NCBI GenBank assembly: GCA_963841735.1
Contig: CAWJDT010000001.1
Location: forward strand, 1,536,001 to 1,600,000
DNA length: 64,000 bases
Origin: an uncultured Actinomycetes bacterium
GTDB taxonomy: Bacteria > Actinomycetota > Thermoleophilia > RBG-16-64-13
Reading direction: 5' to 3'
In this document: positions 47,511 through 58,283 of the stretch, piece by piece
Layout of the letters: each line of letters opens with the position of its first letter
How positions within the stretch are numbered: the stretch's first letter is position 1
Position numbers and translations under genes: made by a program
Notes under the pieces: model-generated
What the model was told of the DNA's origin: nothing
Databases searched by the model: none
The model's input: the letters and a program-made list of their open reading frames with translations, nothing else

Positions 47511-48689
47511 ATGGTTTTGATGAAACAACGCGTATCTTTGATGCTCGTGGGGGCCATGATCTTGATGGTCGCTCTTGCCGGAGTGGTGGTGGCTGGTTGT
47601 GGCAACGACGAAGGCACGACTACCACTGTTCCCCAGGCCGCTACTACAGTGACCACGGGCGCCACTACAGTTACAACGGGCGCAACTACAGAGACCACAG
47701 CTTTCACTGGTGACGTCATCACGCTCAAGTATGCCGATCAGAACGCTGAAACCGGCTGGGTGGGCAAGGAAGCTGCCAACCCGTGGCTGGACAAGGTCGA
47801 AGCGGCTACCGGCGGCCAGGTAAAGATCGAACGCTACTTCGGCCAGACCCTCTTTCCCGGCAAGGACACCTGGGAAAGCCTCAAGGCCGGCATAGCCGAT
47901 CTCGGGTGGTGCATGCACCAGTACTGGGCCAACTTGACTCCGCTCGCCGAAGTGGTGACCCTGCCGTTCATGCCCTTCGAGAGTGCCGAGCAGGCAGGCG
48001 CGATTATGTGGCAGCTGTACACGGAGTTCCCATCGATCGCTGCGCAGTTCTCGGACAACCATCCGGTGGCGCTGTGGGCCTCCAGCCCCTACTACCTACT
48101 CACCACCGATAAGGCCGTGCGCACTCCTGCGGACGTCAAAGGCCTCAAGATCCGCGCCGTCGGTGGACCGCCGACCGATTTGGTCGAGGCTCTTGGCGGC
48201 GTCGCCGTGAGCATGCCGATGCCGGATACCTATCAAGCCCTTCAGACGGGAGTACTCGACGGTATTCTGACCAACTGGGAATCGCTGTATTCCTTCCGTC
48301 ACTATGAAGTAGGCAAGTACCTGACCGTCATACCGTTCTGCACGGGCCTGTTCGGCATCAGCTTCAACAACAACAGCTGGGACAATCTCCCCGACAACGT
48401 GAAAGCGGCCATTGACACCGTGAGCGGGATGGAAGGCTCGAAGTTCTGGGGCCACAACATGTTCGACACGGCTGCCGCGGCGGTCAAGCAGATCGCTGAA
48501 GACGGCGGCTATAACCTCGAATACATAACCCCCACGGCCGAGGAGATCGAAACCACGTGGAAGGCGCAGTACGGTCAGCCGTTGTGGGACGAATGGGTTG
48601 CGAACATGGTCGCCGCGGGCAACACCGATGCCCAGGCCATCCTTGACAGGTGTCTCGAGCTGATCGAGAACGGCGTGCCGGGACAGTAG
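47511..48689 (+). CDS. dctP: TRAP transporter substrate-binding lipoprotein
   Basis: Lipobox VAGC, Thr-rich linker, DVKGLKIR, YQALQTGVLDG. Confidence 0.93.
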   Translation: MVLMKQRVSLMLVGAMILMVALAGVVVAGCGNDEGTTTTVPQAATTVTTGATTVTTGATTETTAFTGDVITLKYADQNAETGWVGKEAANPWLDKVEAATGGQVKIERYFGQTLFPGKDTWESLKAGIADLGWCMHQYWANLTPLAEVVTLPFMPFESAEQAGAIMWQLYTEFPSIAAQFSDNHPVALWASSPYYLLTTDKAVRTPADVKGLKIRAVGGPPTDLVEALGGVAVSMPMPDTYQALQTGVLDGILTNWESLYSFRHYEVGKYLTVIPFCTGLFGISFNNNSWDNLPDNVKAAIDTVSGMEGSKFWGHNMFDTAAAAVKQIAEDGGYNLEYITPTAEEIETTWKAQYGQPLWDEWVANMVAAGNTDAQAILDRCLELIENGVPGQ

Positions 48690-48749
48690 TCTGCGGAATC
48701 ACGCGACACTGACAAGAGCCTACAACACTAACTAGCAAGGTAGACTGGC

Positions 48750-49286
48750 ATGATCCTGGCCCGCACGTGGAAAACGTTGGACGCGATACTCGAGCGGACC
48801 GCCAGCATCTTCTACGGTATTGGGAGCGGCATCCTCGCGGTGCTCATGGTGTTCACCTTCGTGGATGTCGCTCTCCGATACTTCTTCAATAGTCCCATCA
48901 AGGGAGACTACGAAATCTCTTCGTACCTGATGGTGCTGGTGATCCCGAGTGGCCTTGCACTCACCTCTCTCAGGAAGAGGCACATCAGGGTGGACGTATT
49001 CACCCAGTTCCTGCCCAAGAGGGTACAGTCAGGGCTGAGCACCTTCGCCTATCTGCTCACTCTGGGTTTCGTCGGTTTCATGGTCTGGCAGACCGCGAAG
49101 TACGCCTCGCTACTCATCGCTTCCATGCAGCAAGCGACCACCATAGCTATTCCCGACTTCCCGTTCGTCATCGTATGCACGATCTATCTCATCATGTTCG
49201 CACTCGTGATCCTACGTGATCTGATCATCTATGCTCGTCTTACCGTGCGTGGCGGGAAGGAGGATGACGCTCATGTCGCCAGTTGA
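48750..49286 (+). CDS. dctQ: TRAP small permease
   Basis: DVALRYFFN.PI.G.YEI, HIRVD; 4 TM segments. Confidence 0.92.
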   Translation: MILARTWKTLDAILERTASIFYGIGSGILAVLMVFTFVDVALRYFFNSPIKGDYEISSYLMVLVIPSGLALTSLRKRHIRVDVFTQFLPKRVQSGLSTFAYLLTLGFVGFMVWQTAKYASLLIASMQQATTIAIPDFPFVIVCTIYLIMFALVILRDLIIYARLTVRGGKEDDAHVAS

Positions 49287-50577
49287 AATCGGCATAATTG
49301 GAATGGGCGTCCTCTTCACCCTTCTCTTTTTGGGGGTCCCGGTCGGTGTGGCTCTCGGAGCAGTCGGCTTTGCGGGTTTCGCCGCGGTTTCAGGATTCAA
49401 CTCGGCCCTGGGGATTGTCAGAATCGTGCCGTATTCGACGTTCTCGAACTACGGTCTGATAGTGATCCCGCTCTTCGTCCTGATGGGCAACTTTGCCTTC
49501 CATTCCGGCATGAGCGCAGACTTGTACAAGACCGCCCGCGCCTGGTTTGGCCGGGTGCGTGGTGGTCTGGCTATGTCGACCGTGGCGGCGTGCGCCGCGT
49601 TCGGCGCCGTCTGCGGCTCCAGTGTCGCCACCGCGGCCACCATGGGCAAGATCGCTCTTCCGGAGATGAAGAAGCACAACTACGATGACAGCCTCGCTAC
49701 CGGGACTCTGGCCGCGGGAGGAACGCTGGGTATCCTCATTCCTCCCAGCGTGATCATGATCATCTACGGGGTGCTGACGGAGAACTCCATCGGCAAGCTG
49801 TTCCTCGCCGGGTTTCTGCCGGGGATTATGCAGGCGATCTTCTACATAATCCTCATCGGTGGCATATGTATGGTGTACAAGAATAAGGGGCCCGCGGGCG
49901 CAGCCGTATCCATTTGGAACAAGGTGAAATCCCTGCGGCATTCTTGGGCCGTGCTGATTCTATTTGCACTTGTCATCGGGGGCATCTACTTCGGCATCTT
50001 CAGTCCTGTCGAAGCCGCCGGCATCGGTGCATTCGGCGCACTCGTGATCTCCCTTGCGAAGCGGCAGCTCACCTGGAATGGGTTCCAAGCGAGTCTCACC
50101 GACGCGGTCATGACATCGAGCATGATCTTTCTCATCATGCTCGGGGCCAACATGTTCGGATACTTCCTCGCGGTGACCAGACTTCCGCAGGCCCTATCCG
50201 ACTCGTTGCTGGGCATGGATGTCAGCAGATATTGGATTCTCCTGATCATCATGATCGTCTACATCGTACTCGGCATGTTCATGGACTCCATGGCCATGAT
50301 CCTCGTTACGTTGCCGATCTTCTATCCGGTCGTCATGGAGTTGGGTTTCGACCCGATATGGTTCGGGATCATCGTGGTGAGGGTCGCCGAGATCGGATTG
50401 ATCACACCGCCGGTGGGGATGAACCTCTACGTGATCCAGGGGATAGCAGAAAAGGTGCCGATGGGCAAGGTGTTTAGAGGAGCGGCACCGTTCGTAGTGG
50501 TGGACTTTGTGCACGTCGCGGTGCTCGTGGCATTTCCAGTGATCGCGACGTTCCTGCCCAACCTGCTTATGAAGTAG
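49273..50577 (+). CDS. dctM: TRAP large permease
   Basis: IPLFVLMG, GSSVATAATMG, GGTLGILIPPS, ITPPVGMNL. Confidence 0.95.
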   Translation: MSPVEIGIIGMGVLFTLLFLGVPVGVALGAVGFAGFAAVSGFNSALGIVRIVPYSTFSNYGLIVIPLFVLMGNFAFHSGMSADLYKTARAWFGRVRGGLAMSTVAACAAFGAVCGSSVATAATMGKIALPEMKKHNYDDSLATGTLAAGGTLGILIPPSVIMIIYGVLTENSIGKLFLAGFLPGIMQAIFYIILIGGICMVYKNKGPAGAAVSIWNKVKSLRHSWAVLILFALVIGGIYFGIFSPVEAAGIGAFGALVISLAKRQLTWNGFQASLTDAVMTSSMIFLIMLGANMFGYFLAVTRLPQALSDSLLGMDVSRYWILLIIMIVYIVLGMFMDSMAMILVTLPIFYPVVMELGFDPIWFGIIVVRVAEIGLITPPVGMNLYVIQGIAEKVPMGKVFRGAAPFVVVDFVHVAVLVAFPVIATFLPNLLMK

Positions 50578-50621
50578 GTCCGGTAATCCACAGATAGCTC
50601 TAGGTTGGCGCGCGAAGTGAT

Positions 50622-50657
50622 ACGGCCCCCGTCCGGAATACCGGGCGGGGGCCGTTG
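50622..50657 (+). terminator. GC-rich hairpin after dctM
   Basis: ACGGCCCCCGTCCGG-AATA-CCGGGCGGGGGCCGT, weak U tail. Confidence 0.6.
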
Positions 50658-50946
50658 TCGATGGCCGGCGCGGTCTCAGGGTAGTCCTCGTAGGTGAGGC
50701 AGCCAATGCAACGGGGATTGCGCAAATTGGGAACTGCAACATACCTGGCAAATGCGGGGTTTGTCTTTTCAAGCTTTAGCCAGAGGGCGCGCGGTCGGCC
50801 GAAGCGCAGCGCGGGTTGCCGTATCCGCAACGTACCCGAGGCATACCATACTGGTCGTTGCTTTGTGAGTGCGCACCATCTCAGCTGGTGTTATGGTTGA
50901 GAGAGTAGGTATATGAGGCGGAAGAGGACGGAGTGGAAGAGGCGCC

Positions 50947-51612
50947 ATGGCGGATCTCGTCAAACTGGACCTGAAGAAGCAGCTCAAGCACCTCTACCGG
51001 CCATCGGTTGGGAAGGTCGCCGTGGTCGACGTGCCCGAGATGCAGTTCGCCATGATCGACGGTCAGATCGAACCACACATGTCCCCTGGTGATTCTCCTC
51101 TGTTCTCCGTTGCCATCGGGGCGCTCTTCGGGCTGTCGTACACTCTCAAGTTCATGTCCAAGAAGAGGCTCATTGACCCGATGGACTACACGGTGATGGC
51201 GCTGGAGGGCTTGTGGACTACGCCCCAGGGCGGCGCCGACTACGCGGAGACGAACGAATGGCTCTGGACGCTTATGATTATGCAGCCTGATCACATCACC
51301 CTTGAGATGTTCGCCGAGGCCTTGGCCGAGCTAAAGGGCAGGCTGGCCAAACAGGGCAAAGACGGGGGAGATCCGGCCGTGTTCGACCGTATGCGCCTGG
51401 AGCGATTCAACGAGGGTCTCTGTGTGCAGGCCCTGCACGTCGGGCCCTATCTGGACGAACCGCGCACTCTTGAGCAGATGAGTTTGTTCGCGGACGCTAA
51501 CGGCTATAGCTTCTACGGCAGGCACCACGAGATCTATGTGGGCGATCCGCGGACGGCCAAGCCGGAAAACCTCCGGACCGTGCTGAGGCACCCCGTGATC
51601 AAGACGAAGTGA
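50947..51612 (+). CDS. GyrI-like domain protein
   Basis: DLKK..K.LY.P, YTVMALEGLW, W.LMIMQPD, H.GPY..E, HHEIY..DPR. Confidence 0.9.
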   Translation: MADLVKLDLKKQLKHLYRPSVGKVAVVDVPEMQFAMIDGQIEPHMSPGDSPLFSVAIGALFGLSYTLKFMSKKRLIDPMDYTVMALEGLWTTPQGGADYAETNEWLWTLMIMQPDHITLEMFAEALAELKGRLAKQGKDGGDPAVFDRMRLERFNEGLCVQALHVGPYLDEPRTLEQMSLFADANGYSFYGRHHEIYVGDPRTAKPENLRTVLRHPVIKTK

Positions 51613-51801
51613 CACACCCCATACCTGTCGGACGGTTGGTGTGACGCTTAAGCGCGGCGGCGGGTTGAGCCGGGGCGGTATCGCCAGCCCGGTGGATGGC
51701 CTCGGTGGCTCTAGCGTCGGAGCGGTCCTCATTCTACAATCGCCTATGAGCAGTTGAGCCTGGGTGAGTAGGCCGGGTAGGGAACCGCATTTATTCGGAG
51801 G

Positions 51802-52716
51802 GTGGCCACCATGGATTCATGCAGATTGAAGGGCAGGTGCCGGTCGACGGTACGGTCGTCGGGTAGGCCGCTTGCCGGAGTGGTCGTCGCTGTTGCCTTG
51901 CTGATGGGGTTGAGTTTGATTCTTGTGGGTTGCGGCCCGAAGGTGGGGGCCACCCAGACGGTGGTGCTAGAGGAGCCGCTGGCCAGCGCCGCGGTCACCG
52001 ATGTCGAGCTGATCATGGGCGCCGGCACCCTCAAGGTCGCACCGGGGGCGATAGGGCTGATCTCAGGCACCATCCGCTGCAATGTGGAGGACTGGCTACC
52101 TGAGATCAAGCGCAATGATACCCGTCTCGTCATTGGGCAGAAGAGCCGAGATGCAGTATCAGACGCGGTGAGCAGCACCGTCAACAACTGGGATGTGAAG
52201 CTGGGTAGGTCGCCCATGCGTCTGACGGTAGTGGCTGGGGCATATGAAGGGTCCTTGGATCTGAGCGGCTTGACTCTGCAGGGACTGAGCGTCGAGGACG
52301 GCGCCGCCAAGAGCCAGATCAGGTTCAGTTCGGCAAACCCGGGCCAGATGGAACGTTTGCGCTACAAGACTGGCGCGTCTACCGTGTCCCTACTCGGACT
52401 GGCCAACGCCAACTTCAAGTCTATGGAGTTCACGGGCGGAGCCGGCACCTACAGTCTGGACTTCTCTGGGCAACTGCGTACCAAGGCTACCGCGCGGGTG
52501 GTGGTGGGCTCGGGGACTGTGCGTATTCAGGTGCCGGCCGACACCGCGGCTATAGTCAAGGTCAGCGGATCGCGGGCGGCCATCGACCTGCAGGGTGAAT
52601 GGGTGACCAAGGGCACGACCCACAGCACTCCCGCCCTCGACCTTGTCAAAGACGGCAAGATCCTGACCATCGAATTGGAGATGGGCACCGGCACAGCCAC
52701 ACTAGTAGTGAAATGA
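51802..52716 (+). CDS. Toast-rack / DUF2154-like lipoprotein (start uncertain)
   Basis: Lipobox LVGC; repeated MGAG / GA..LDLSGL / GAG.Y.LDFSG beta motifs. Confidence 0.7.
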   Translation: MATMDSCRLKGRCRSTVRSSGRPLAGVVVAVALLMGLSLILVGCGPKVGATQTVVLEEPLASAAVTDVELIMGAGTLKVAPGAIGLISGTIRCNVEDWLPEIKRNDTRLVIGQKSRDAVSDAVSSTVNNWDVKLGRSPMRLTVVAGAYEGSLDLSGLTLQGLSVEDGAAKSQIRFSSANPGQMERLRYKTGASTVSLLGLANANFKSMEFTGGAGTYSLDFSGQLRTKATARVVVGSGTVRIQVPADTAAIVKVSGSRAAIDLQGEWVTKGTTHSTPALDLVKDGKILTIELEMGTGTATLVVK

Positions 52717-53519
52717 CGGTGTGTGGGGGCGGCGAGCCGCCCGAGTCCGTCGGCGGCGGGGCGGTGTTCCTGCGAGCGGTGGAGATACGCGGAGATGAGT
52801 TCCCCTCCCCTGCGGTCTATCCCTTCGACATCCCGGCCCTGGGGCGCCGCCAGACGCTAAGGTTCGAGCAGAGCGTGAGCTTCTTTGTGGGCGAGAACGG
52901 CTCGGGGAAGTCCACCCTCATCGACGCCGTCGCGCGCCGGTGCGGACTGCACCTATGGGCAGACGGGAAGCGTTGCGCCTCGCCTGCGTCCAGTGGCCGG
53001 CCGGCGGCGCACGCGGTGCGCGGACGGTTGAGCGACTACGTGAACGTCACCGTGGCTCGGGGTCCTGTGCGCGGCGGGATCTTCAGTGCCGAGAGCTTTC
53101 GCGAATGGGCCGAATTCCTGGACGACCTCAGTCAGGTCGACCCCGGTCAGGCGAAGTATCACGGGGGCAAGGAGCTCACTCTGCGTTCGCGGGGAGAAGG
53201 CCTGCTCGCGTATTTTCGGGGGCGCTACCGCATACCGGGGCTGTACTTCTTGGATGAGCCCGAAGCCGCCCTGTCCCCGGCCAGCCAGATCGAATTGCTG
53301 CGGCTGCTCGCAGCCTTTCGCGAGCAGGGTCACGCCCAGTTCGTCCTGGCTACTCACTCACCCATCTTGATGGCCTTGCCGGGGGCTCAGGTGTTTTGCT
53401 TCGACGGGGGTGTCATAGAGGAGACCCGATTCGAGCAGACGGCCCACTACCGTCTCTACCGTGATTTCATGGCCGATCCGGCGACCTTTCTGGCGAAGTT
53501 GAGCCCGCGAGAGCTCTAG
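52713..53519 (+). CDS. Stand-alone ABC-type ATPase
   Basis: YPF.IP, FFVGENGSGKST, S.GE, LDEPEAALSP, ATHSPIL. Confidence 0.9.
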   Translation: MTVCGGGEPPESVGGGAVFLRAVEIRGDEFPSPAVYPFDIPALGRRQTLRFEQSVSFFVGENGSGKSTLIDAVARRCGLHLWADGKRCASPASSGRPAAHAVRGRLSDYVNVTVARGPVRGGIFSAESFREWAEFLDDLSQVDPGQAKYHGGKELTLRSRGEGLLAYFRGRYRIPGLYFLDEPEAALSPASQIELLRLLAAFREQGHAQFVLATHSPILMALPGAQVFCFDGGVIEETRFEQTAHYRLYRDFMADPATFLAKLSPREL

Positions 53520-53645
53520 TACTCTGACCCGCAGGTTCGCCGGCGCAAAGCCCTGGTACGCAAAACGAGCCGGATGATCCGGCTCGTTTTGCGTTCGCAT
53601 CCCAACGGCGCCCGCCGGCCTGCCGGCCTGGGGGCGCTTGCAGCG

Positions 53646-54095
53646 CTATTCGATGGTGAGAGTCACTTGGAAGGTCTGATCTGGAGTAGCACCGGAATCG
53701 AATTGCTGGGCGTACGTGATCACCAGTTCCGCCTCTCCCTTGGCCAATGCCTTGAATGTCAGGGTGGCTGTGCCTCCCGAGCCTACGATGGCTTGGTCGG
53801 TGGAGTCGGTGGTGTACTCGGCCTCACCCACCTGCTCGAGCAAGGTGGCGTCTTCGGCGCTCAGCTTGGCCGCCCACGAATAGCCGGTGGTGGCATTGGC
53901 CGCGAGCACAACTTTGATGGTGTCGCCTACCTTGACGGTGAAGGCCTTGCCGTTGTCGTTGGCAGCTAGGTTCCAGGAGCCGCCCGCGGCGCCGGCGTCA
54001 TCGCCGCACCCGGCGGCCGCCACCGCGATCAGGGCCGCGACCAGCACAATGATGGCTGTGCCGAGACCGAACTTGCGAACATTGTGCCTGTCCAT
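53646..54095 (-). CDS. Chagasin / I42 protease-inhibitor-family lipoprotein
   Basis: Lipobox AAGC; DNGK..VKVGD.I...L.ANATTGYSW; VGSGG..F.A...G. Confidence 0.88.
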   Translation of the reverse strand: MDRHNVRKFGLGTAIIVLVAALIAVAAAGCGDDAGAAGGSWNLAANDNGKAFTVKVGDTIKVVLAANATTGYSWAAKLSAEDATLLEQVGEAEYTTDSTDQAIVGSGGTATLTFKALAKGEAELVITYAQQFDSGATPDQTFQVTLTIE

Positions 54096-54181
54096 CGCTA
54101 TACCCCTTATCCTCGTCTTGCTGTGTTGTCCTGTGCTGTGCAACGCCTCTGAGACGAACCGGGGGGCTTTCTGGTTTCGGG

Positions 54182-55315
54182 CTATGGGGAGGATTGTTGC
54201 GCGCGCGCGGTGGCCTTGCGGAAAGCGCGTCGCCGTCGCCAAACGACGAAGCCCAAGAGAAGTATGACGGCTACCGCGGTGGTGACTATCACCACGGCCT
54301 TCATGTCCTGGACGATCATGGCCACGATGTTGGTGGCCAGGGTGACCGTCCACAGTACGAGGGCGGTGCGGGCTTGCGAAAGCCCCCGGTCCAGGAGCCT
54401 GTGGTGGAAGTGGTCTTTGCCGGGGGTGCTGAGAGGGTTGCTGCGCTTTATCAGCCGGCGTACCACCACCTGCGCTGTATCCAGGAGTGGCAACAGGAAG
54501 GGCAACAGCAGAAATACCACGGTAGGTGCCAAGGCGAAGACGGTGGTGACCTTGAGACTCCCCAGGATGGTCGAGGCCGCCAACACATAGCCGAAGAAGT
54601 AGGCGCCGGAGTCGCCCATGATGATGCGAGAGGGGGCGAAGTTGTGACGCAAGAAGCCGAGGGCCGCCCCGCCCATGGCCGCCAGTAGGATGGTCGCGGC
54701 GGCTCGGGACTCGAACTGGGCCGACACTGCGAGCAGGCACATAGAAGTGATGAAGCTGACCCCACCGGCAAGGCCATCCACCCCGTCGATGAGATTGATG
54801 GCGTTGGTGATGGCGACGATCCAGATCACGGTGAACACGACCGAGATAGTGAGGGCGAAATCGCCTCCGAACTCCACCGGGATGCGAATGCCGGTGCCGA
54901 CCAGCAGCAGGGCTGCTATCAGCTGTATCGCTAGGCGGAAGACCGGGGGTAGACCGTACTGGTCGTCTATGAAGCCGGCCAGGATCATGAACGATCCCCC
55001 GAGCATGATGGCCAGTATCTGCACCTGCACGTCCAGGATGACTATGCGGCGCATCAGAGTGGCGATGACCAGCGCCAGGATTACCGCGGCGAAGATGCCA
55101 AGGCCACCAGCGTTAGGTAGAGGCTCCTTGTTCAAGCGCCGGGCGTTCGGCTCGTCCGCCCAGCCTACGCGCAGTGAGTACATACGCATGCGGGGCATGA
55201 ACCACCAGGCCGCGACGGCAGCGATCAAGAAAGTAAGGACTACTGTCACCCAGCCCAGCCGACCAGGGGCGTAGATGCCGAGGGTTTTGAGAAAGTCGGT
55301 TATCGGATCGAGCAT
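54182..55315 (-). CDS. WecA/TagO-like polyprenyl-phosphate GlcNAc-1-P transferase (MraY/GT4 family)
   Basis: D.PNARR, GFIDD, NAINLIDGVDGLA, MGDSGA, DHFHHRL. Confidence 0.93.
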   Translation of the reverse strand: MLDPITDFLKTLGIYAPGRLGWVTVVLTFLIAAVAAWWFMPRMRMYSLRVGWADEPNARRLNKEPLPNAGGLGIFAAVILALVIATLMRRIVILDVQVQILAIMLGGSFMILAGFIDDQYGLPPVFRLAIQLIAALLLVGTGIRIPVEFGGDFALTISVVFTVIWIVAITNAINLIDGVDGLAGGVSFITSMCLLAVSAQFESRAAATILLAAMGGAALGFLRHNFAPSRIIMGDSGAYFFGYVLAASTILGSLKVTTVFALAPTVVFLLLPFLLPLLDTAQVVVRRLIKRSNPLSTPGKDHFHHRLLDRGLSQARTALVLWTVTLATNIVAMIVQDMKAVVIVTTAVAVILLLGFVVWRRRRAFRKATARAQQSSP

Positions 55316-55420
55316 CGTACAGGCATCCTATCATCGGCGGAGGATACAAGAGCGTTCCGCGGCCAATAGGTCGGACGAGGCATAAACGACGTCGGATGGC
55401 GACCAGACCCAGGCGTTGGG

Positions 55421-56155
55421 TCAGCGCTTGCGGTGGACCAACCTGAGTGCTGCCCAATCTCGATCGATCGCAGCCACCTTGACATCCACAAGAGCGTGGG
55501 TGAGGCCCAGCCTGCGGACCACGTTCTCGTTGAGGTCGTCGAAGCGGCCTGCCCCTCGGCCGGACTGCTTGAGCCACGATACCCAGAGGCTGCCCCCGGG
55601 GGCCAGTTTGTCGCGCAGCAGGGCAAACGACTTCACGAGGTCTGTCCGGTCGCGGGCGAAGACGTGGATATAGTCGAACATGCCGTCGTGCGAGACCAGG
55701 CCGTCGGCCTGGTCGAATACCAGGAAGCCGGCGGGCAGAGGGAACAGGGGATTGTCGTCGTCCGCAGGCGGCGCGATGATCGCCCCGGCGTCCTCGGGTC
55801 GGAGTCTTAGCTTCTTGTGGAGTGGGTTCTCGTCGACAGCTGCCGCCGCGGGGGAGGTCGCGGGCGGTGTCGCGCTCACCGGTTTGTCGCCGGAAGTCTC
55901 TAGGGGGGCAGCTTCGAGCGGCGCTTTGACCGGCGAAGCGGCCGGCGCTTTGGCCGAGGCTTTGTTGGCCGGCGCTCTAGCCGGCGCTTTGGACGGCGCT
56001 TTGGACGGCGCTTTGGACGGCGCTTTGGACGGCGCTTTGGACGGCGCCGACTTGTTGGCCTTCGTGGCTGTCACGGGCTGCTTCGTGGCCCCGGCGGCCT
56101 TGGTGGGCTTCGCGGGGGGCGTGGCCTGGGGTTTGTCAGTGTCTTCTTTTGGCAT
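55421..56155 (-). CDS. DUF3052-like protein with K/A/P-rich N-terminal extension
   Basis: KKLRL..G.LWVSW.K..DLNEN.VR..LVDVKVAAID.DW.AL. Confidence 0.75.
   Translation of the reverse strand: MPKEDTDKPQATPPAKPTKAAGATKQPVTATKANKSAPSKAPSKAPSKAPSKAPSKAPARAPANKASAKAPAASPVKAPLEAAPLETSGDKPVSATPPATSPAAAAVDENPLHKKLRLRPEDAGAIIAPPADDDNPLFPLPAGFLVFDQADGLVSHDGMFDYIHVFARDRTDLVKSFALLRDKLAPGGSLWVSWLKQSGRGAGRFDDLNENVVRRLGLTHALVDVKVAAIDRDWAALRLVHRKR
55983..56047. repeat. 12-bp coding tandem repeat (KAPS)n
   Basis: GGCGCTTTGGAC x5. Confidence 0.9.
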
Positions 56156-56309
56156 ATCTTCTCCGCGGGCAATGGGTTGGGCCTGCAGCCCGCTATCTGC
56201 GCCATGTTAGCATTTTGGGCGCTCTGGACTAATGCTTCGGCTTGCTTTAGCCTTTTCGGCATCCGTCGCGATCCGGGTCTGGTGACGGCCTGACCCCGAG
56301 GAGGGAAAC

Positions 56310-57128
56310 ATGTTCTGTGCCAAGTGCGGTCAATCCCTTGAAGAGGGCAAGCGCTTCTGTATCAGCTGCGGTGCCCCCGTGACCGCACCCCCTACTCCGC
56401 CGGGTTTTCCGCCGGGGCCCTTGCCGGGTCCTCCGCCGGCGGGCAACCACACCGGTCTGATCGTCGGCTCGATCGTGGCTGGGATCATTGTTCTCGCCGG
56501 GCTGGGCGTGGGCCTCTGGTTGGGACTACGCGACGACGGCAAGACGGATTCCACGACGGTGGTCTCGGGCACCACCAGTAGCTTTGCCGGGACAGGGGGT
56601 AGCGTAACCACCGGCGGCGGGACTGCCCCCAGCTCTGGCGGCGCTATCACCACCCAGACGATCCCCAGTTTGACCGGCTCGACCGGTCCTCCGGGAGTTA
56701 CCGGTAGCACCAGCACCACCGCAGACCTGCTCGCCGAGTGGTACACGTTCCACGATAACCTGGTCTTGGAGTTGGACTACGACAATGGGCGCATCCCGGA
56801 ACTGGCCGATGCGATCAACGCCACCACTCCCGATGTGCCCGACTGGGTGTATGAGGAGCTGTCCGACATGGCCGACAGCCTGGGGGCGGCGAGCCAGACC
56901 ATGGCCGACACGACGGTGCCTCCGGGATTCGACGACGCCCACTTCTGGATCATGGAGGCTGCTGCGCACATGGGCAACCGCATACAGGCAACCATGGACG
57001 GCATCTCGCTCATTTGGTCCACCGGCTCCATCAACTCGGCGAAGGCCTCCTTCGATATCGGTCGAGCCGAACGGGATGCCTACGTGGACGCCCTAGGGGA
57101 GCACTATAGCTTCATGCCCGCGGATTGA
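56310..57128 (+). CDS. Zinc-ribbon membrane protein
   Basis: MFCAKCG..FCISCG, Pro-rich linker, TM, T/G-rich linker, helical tail. Confidence 0.85.
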   Translation: MFCAKCGQSLEEGKRFCISCGAPVTAPPTPPGFPPGPLPGPPPAGNHTGLIVGSIVAGIIVLAGLGVGLWLGLRDDGKTDSTTVVSGTTSSFAGTGGSVTTGGGTAPSSGGAITTQTIPSLTGSTGPPGVTGSTSTTADLLAEWYTFHDNLVLELDYDNGRIPELADAINATTPDVPDWVYEELSDMADSLGAASQTMADTTVPPGFDDAHFWIMEAAAHMGNRIQATMDGISLIWSTGSINSAKASFDIGRAERDAYVDALGEHYSFMPAD

Positions 57129-57190
57129 CGCGCGCCGTGGCGCCGGTGAGACCCGCCGGCGTGGGGCGCTCCAATCAATCGGGCCGGGGG

Positions 57191-58279
57191 CTACTCTATG
57201 GTGCGCGCGTCCGCCAACGACGCAAGGTCGGCGTCGCTGAGGCCTGTAAGGAAGTCCAAGAGCACAGCCCCAGACTGCCTTACCACCTCGAGGTCGCAAT
57301 GCTCGTATGTGTCCCCTGCCTTATGGTAGGTGGGGTCGTCCCGCCATTCTAGCCAGGCCACGGGGTAGCCTGCCGTCTCGAAGGCCTCGTGGTCGCTGGA
57401 ACCGGTGGGGCCTGTATCCCGGCTGTAGGAGCAGGGGATTCCGGCCTCAGTCGAGCGGGTCAGCAGCATGTCGGTGAGCAACTGCGGCCCCCGGCCCATG
57501 TTGCGCACTTTGAGGTCCTGCCCGTAGGCCACCATGTCTACCGAGATCATCCCTGCCAGCGCTGTGCGCTGCTGCTCGCTCATGTCCTCTACGTAGCGGC
57601 GGGAGCCGAAGTGATGATGACTGCTGTCGGAGTCGATCATCTCTTCGGCACCGAAGAGCACGAACTCCAGACTGGGGGTGATGTCGGCGTCGACGAGGTC
57701 GCGGGCCAGTTCGAGGACTACTGCCACGCCAGAGGCGTTGTCGTTGCCTCCCGGCGTGGTGGTCTTGGAGTCAAGATGACCGCCCACGGTCAGTACCCAG
57801 TGGGAAGAGCCTGGCTTCACGGCTCGTACGTTGTGGGATGTCTTGCCGTTGGGCAGAGGCACTTGGGTGACGGCTACTGAATAGCCCAGACCGGTTAGAT
57901 AGCCCGCCGCGTAGCTGACGGCGGCGTCTTCGGCTTCACTGCCGGAGGGTCTTGCCCCTATGTCGACGGCCAGCGCCTGGATATGCTCCATAGTTAGACC
58001 GGCATCGAAGGCTAGGGGTGGAGTGGGGGGCGGCAACGTGGTGGTGGGGAGGCTGGTGCTCGAAGGGGCAGGGGCGGAAGTTGTCACCGGGTCGGAGGTC
58101 ATGGGAGTCGTTGTGGTCGCGGCGGGTGCCGTCGTGGTTGTGGGCTGGTCCCCGGGGGTCGAGGGGTTCGCACCGGGCCAGAAGACGAATATGGCCAGCC
58201 CGGCCGCGACAAGAAGGAGGACGAGTGCTCCTATCAGCAGGCGCGTGTCCTGCCTTCGTCTGCGTGTAGTCGGGCGCAT
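57191..58279 (-). CDS. M28-family aminopeptidase, membrane-anchored
   Basis: GGHLDS, GGNDNASG, FGAEE, SVDMV, SDH..F, YH..GD. Confidence 0.92.
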   Translation of the reverse strand: MRPTTRRRRQDTRLLIGALVLLLVAAGLAIFVFWPGANPSTPGDQPTTTTAPAATTTTPMTSDPVTTSAPAPSSTSLPTTTLPPPTPPLAFDAGLTMEHIQALAVDIGARPSGSEAEDAAVSYAAGYLTGLGYSVAVTQVPLPNGKTSHNVRAVKPGSSHWVLTVGGHLDSKTTTPGGNDNASGVAVVLELARDLVDADITPSLEFVLFGAEEMIDSDSSHHHFGSRRYVEDMSEQQRTALAGMISVDMVAYGQDLKVRNMGRGPQLLTDMLLTRSTEAGIPCSYSRDTGPTGSSDHEAFETAGYPVAWLEWRDDPTYHKAGDTYEHCDLEVVRQSGAVLLDFLTGLSDADLASLADARTIE

Positions 58280-58283
58280 ACGG

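Noticed and set aside
50717-50760. Third copy of the CGCAAATTGCG upstream module
   Set aside because: Only GCGCAAATTG matches; the other spaced blocks are absent.
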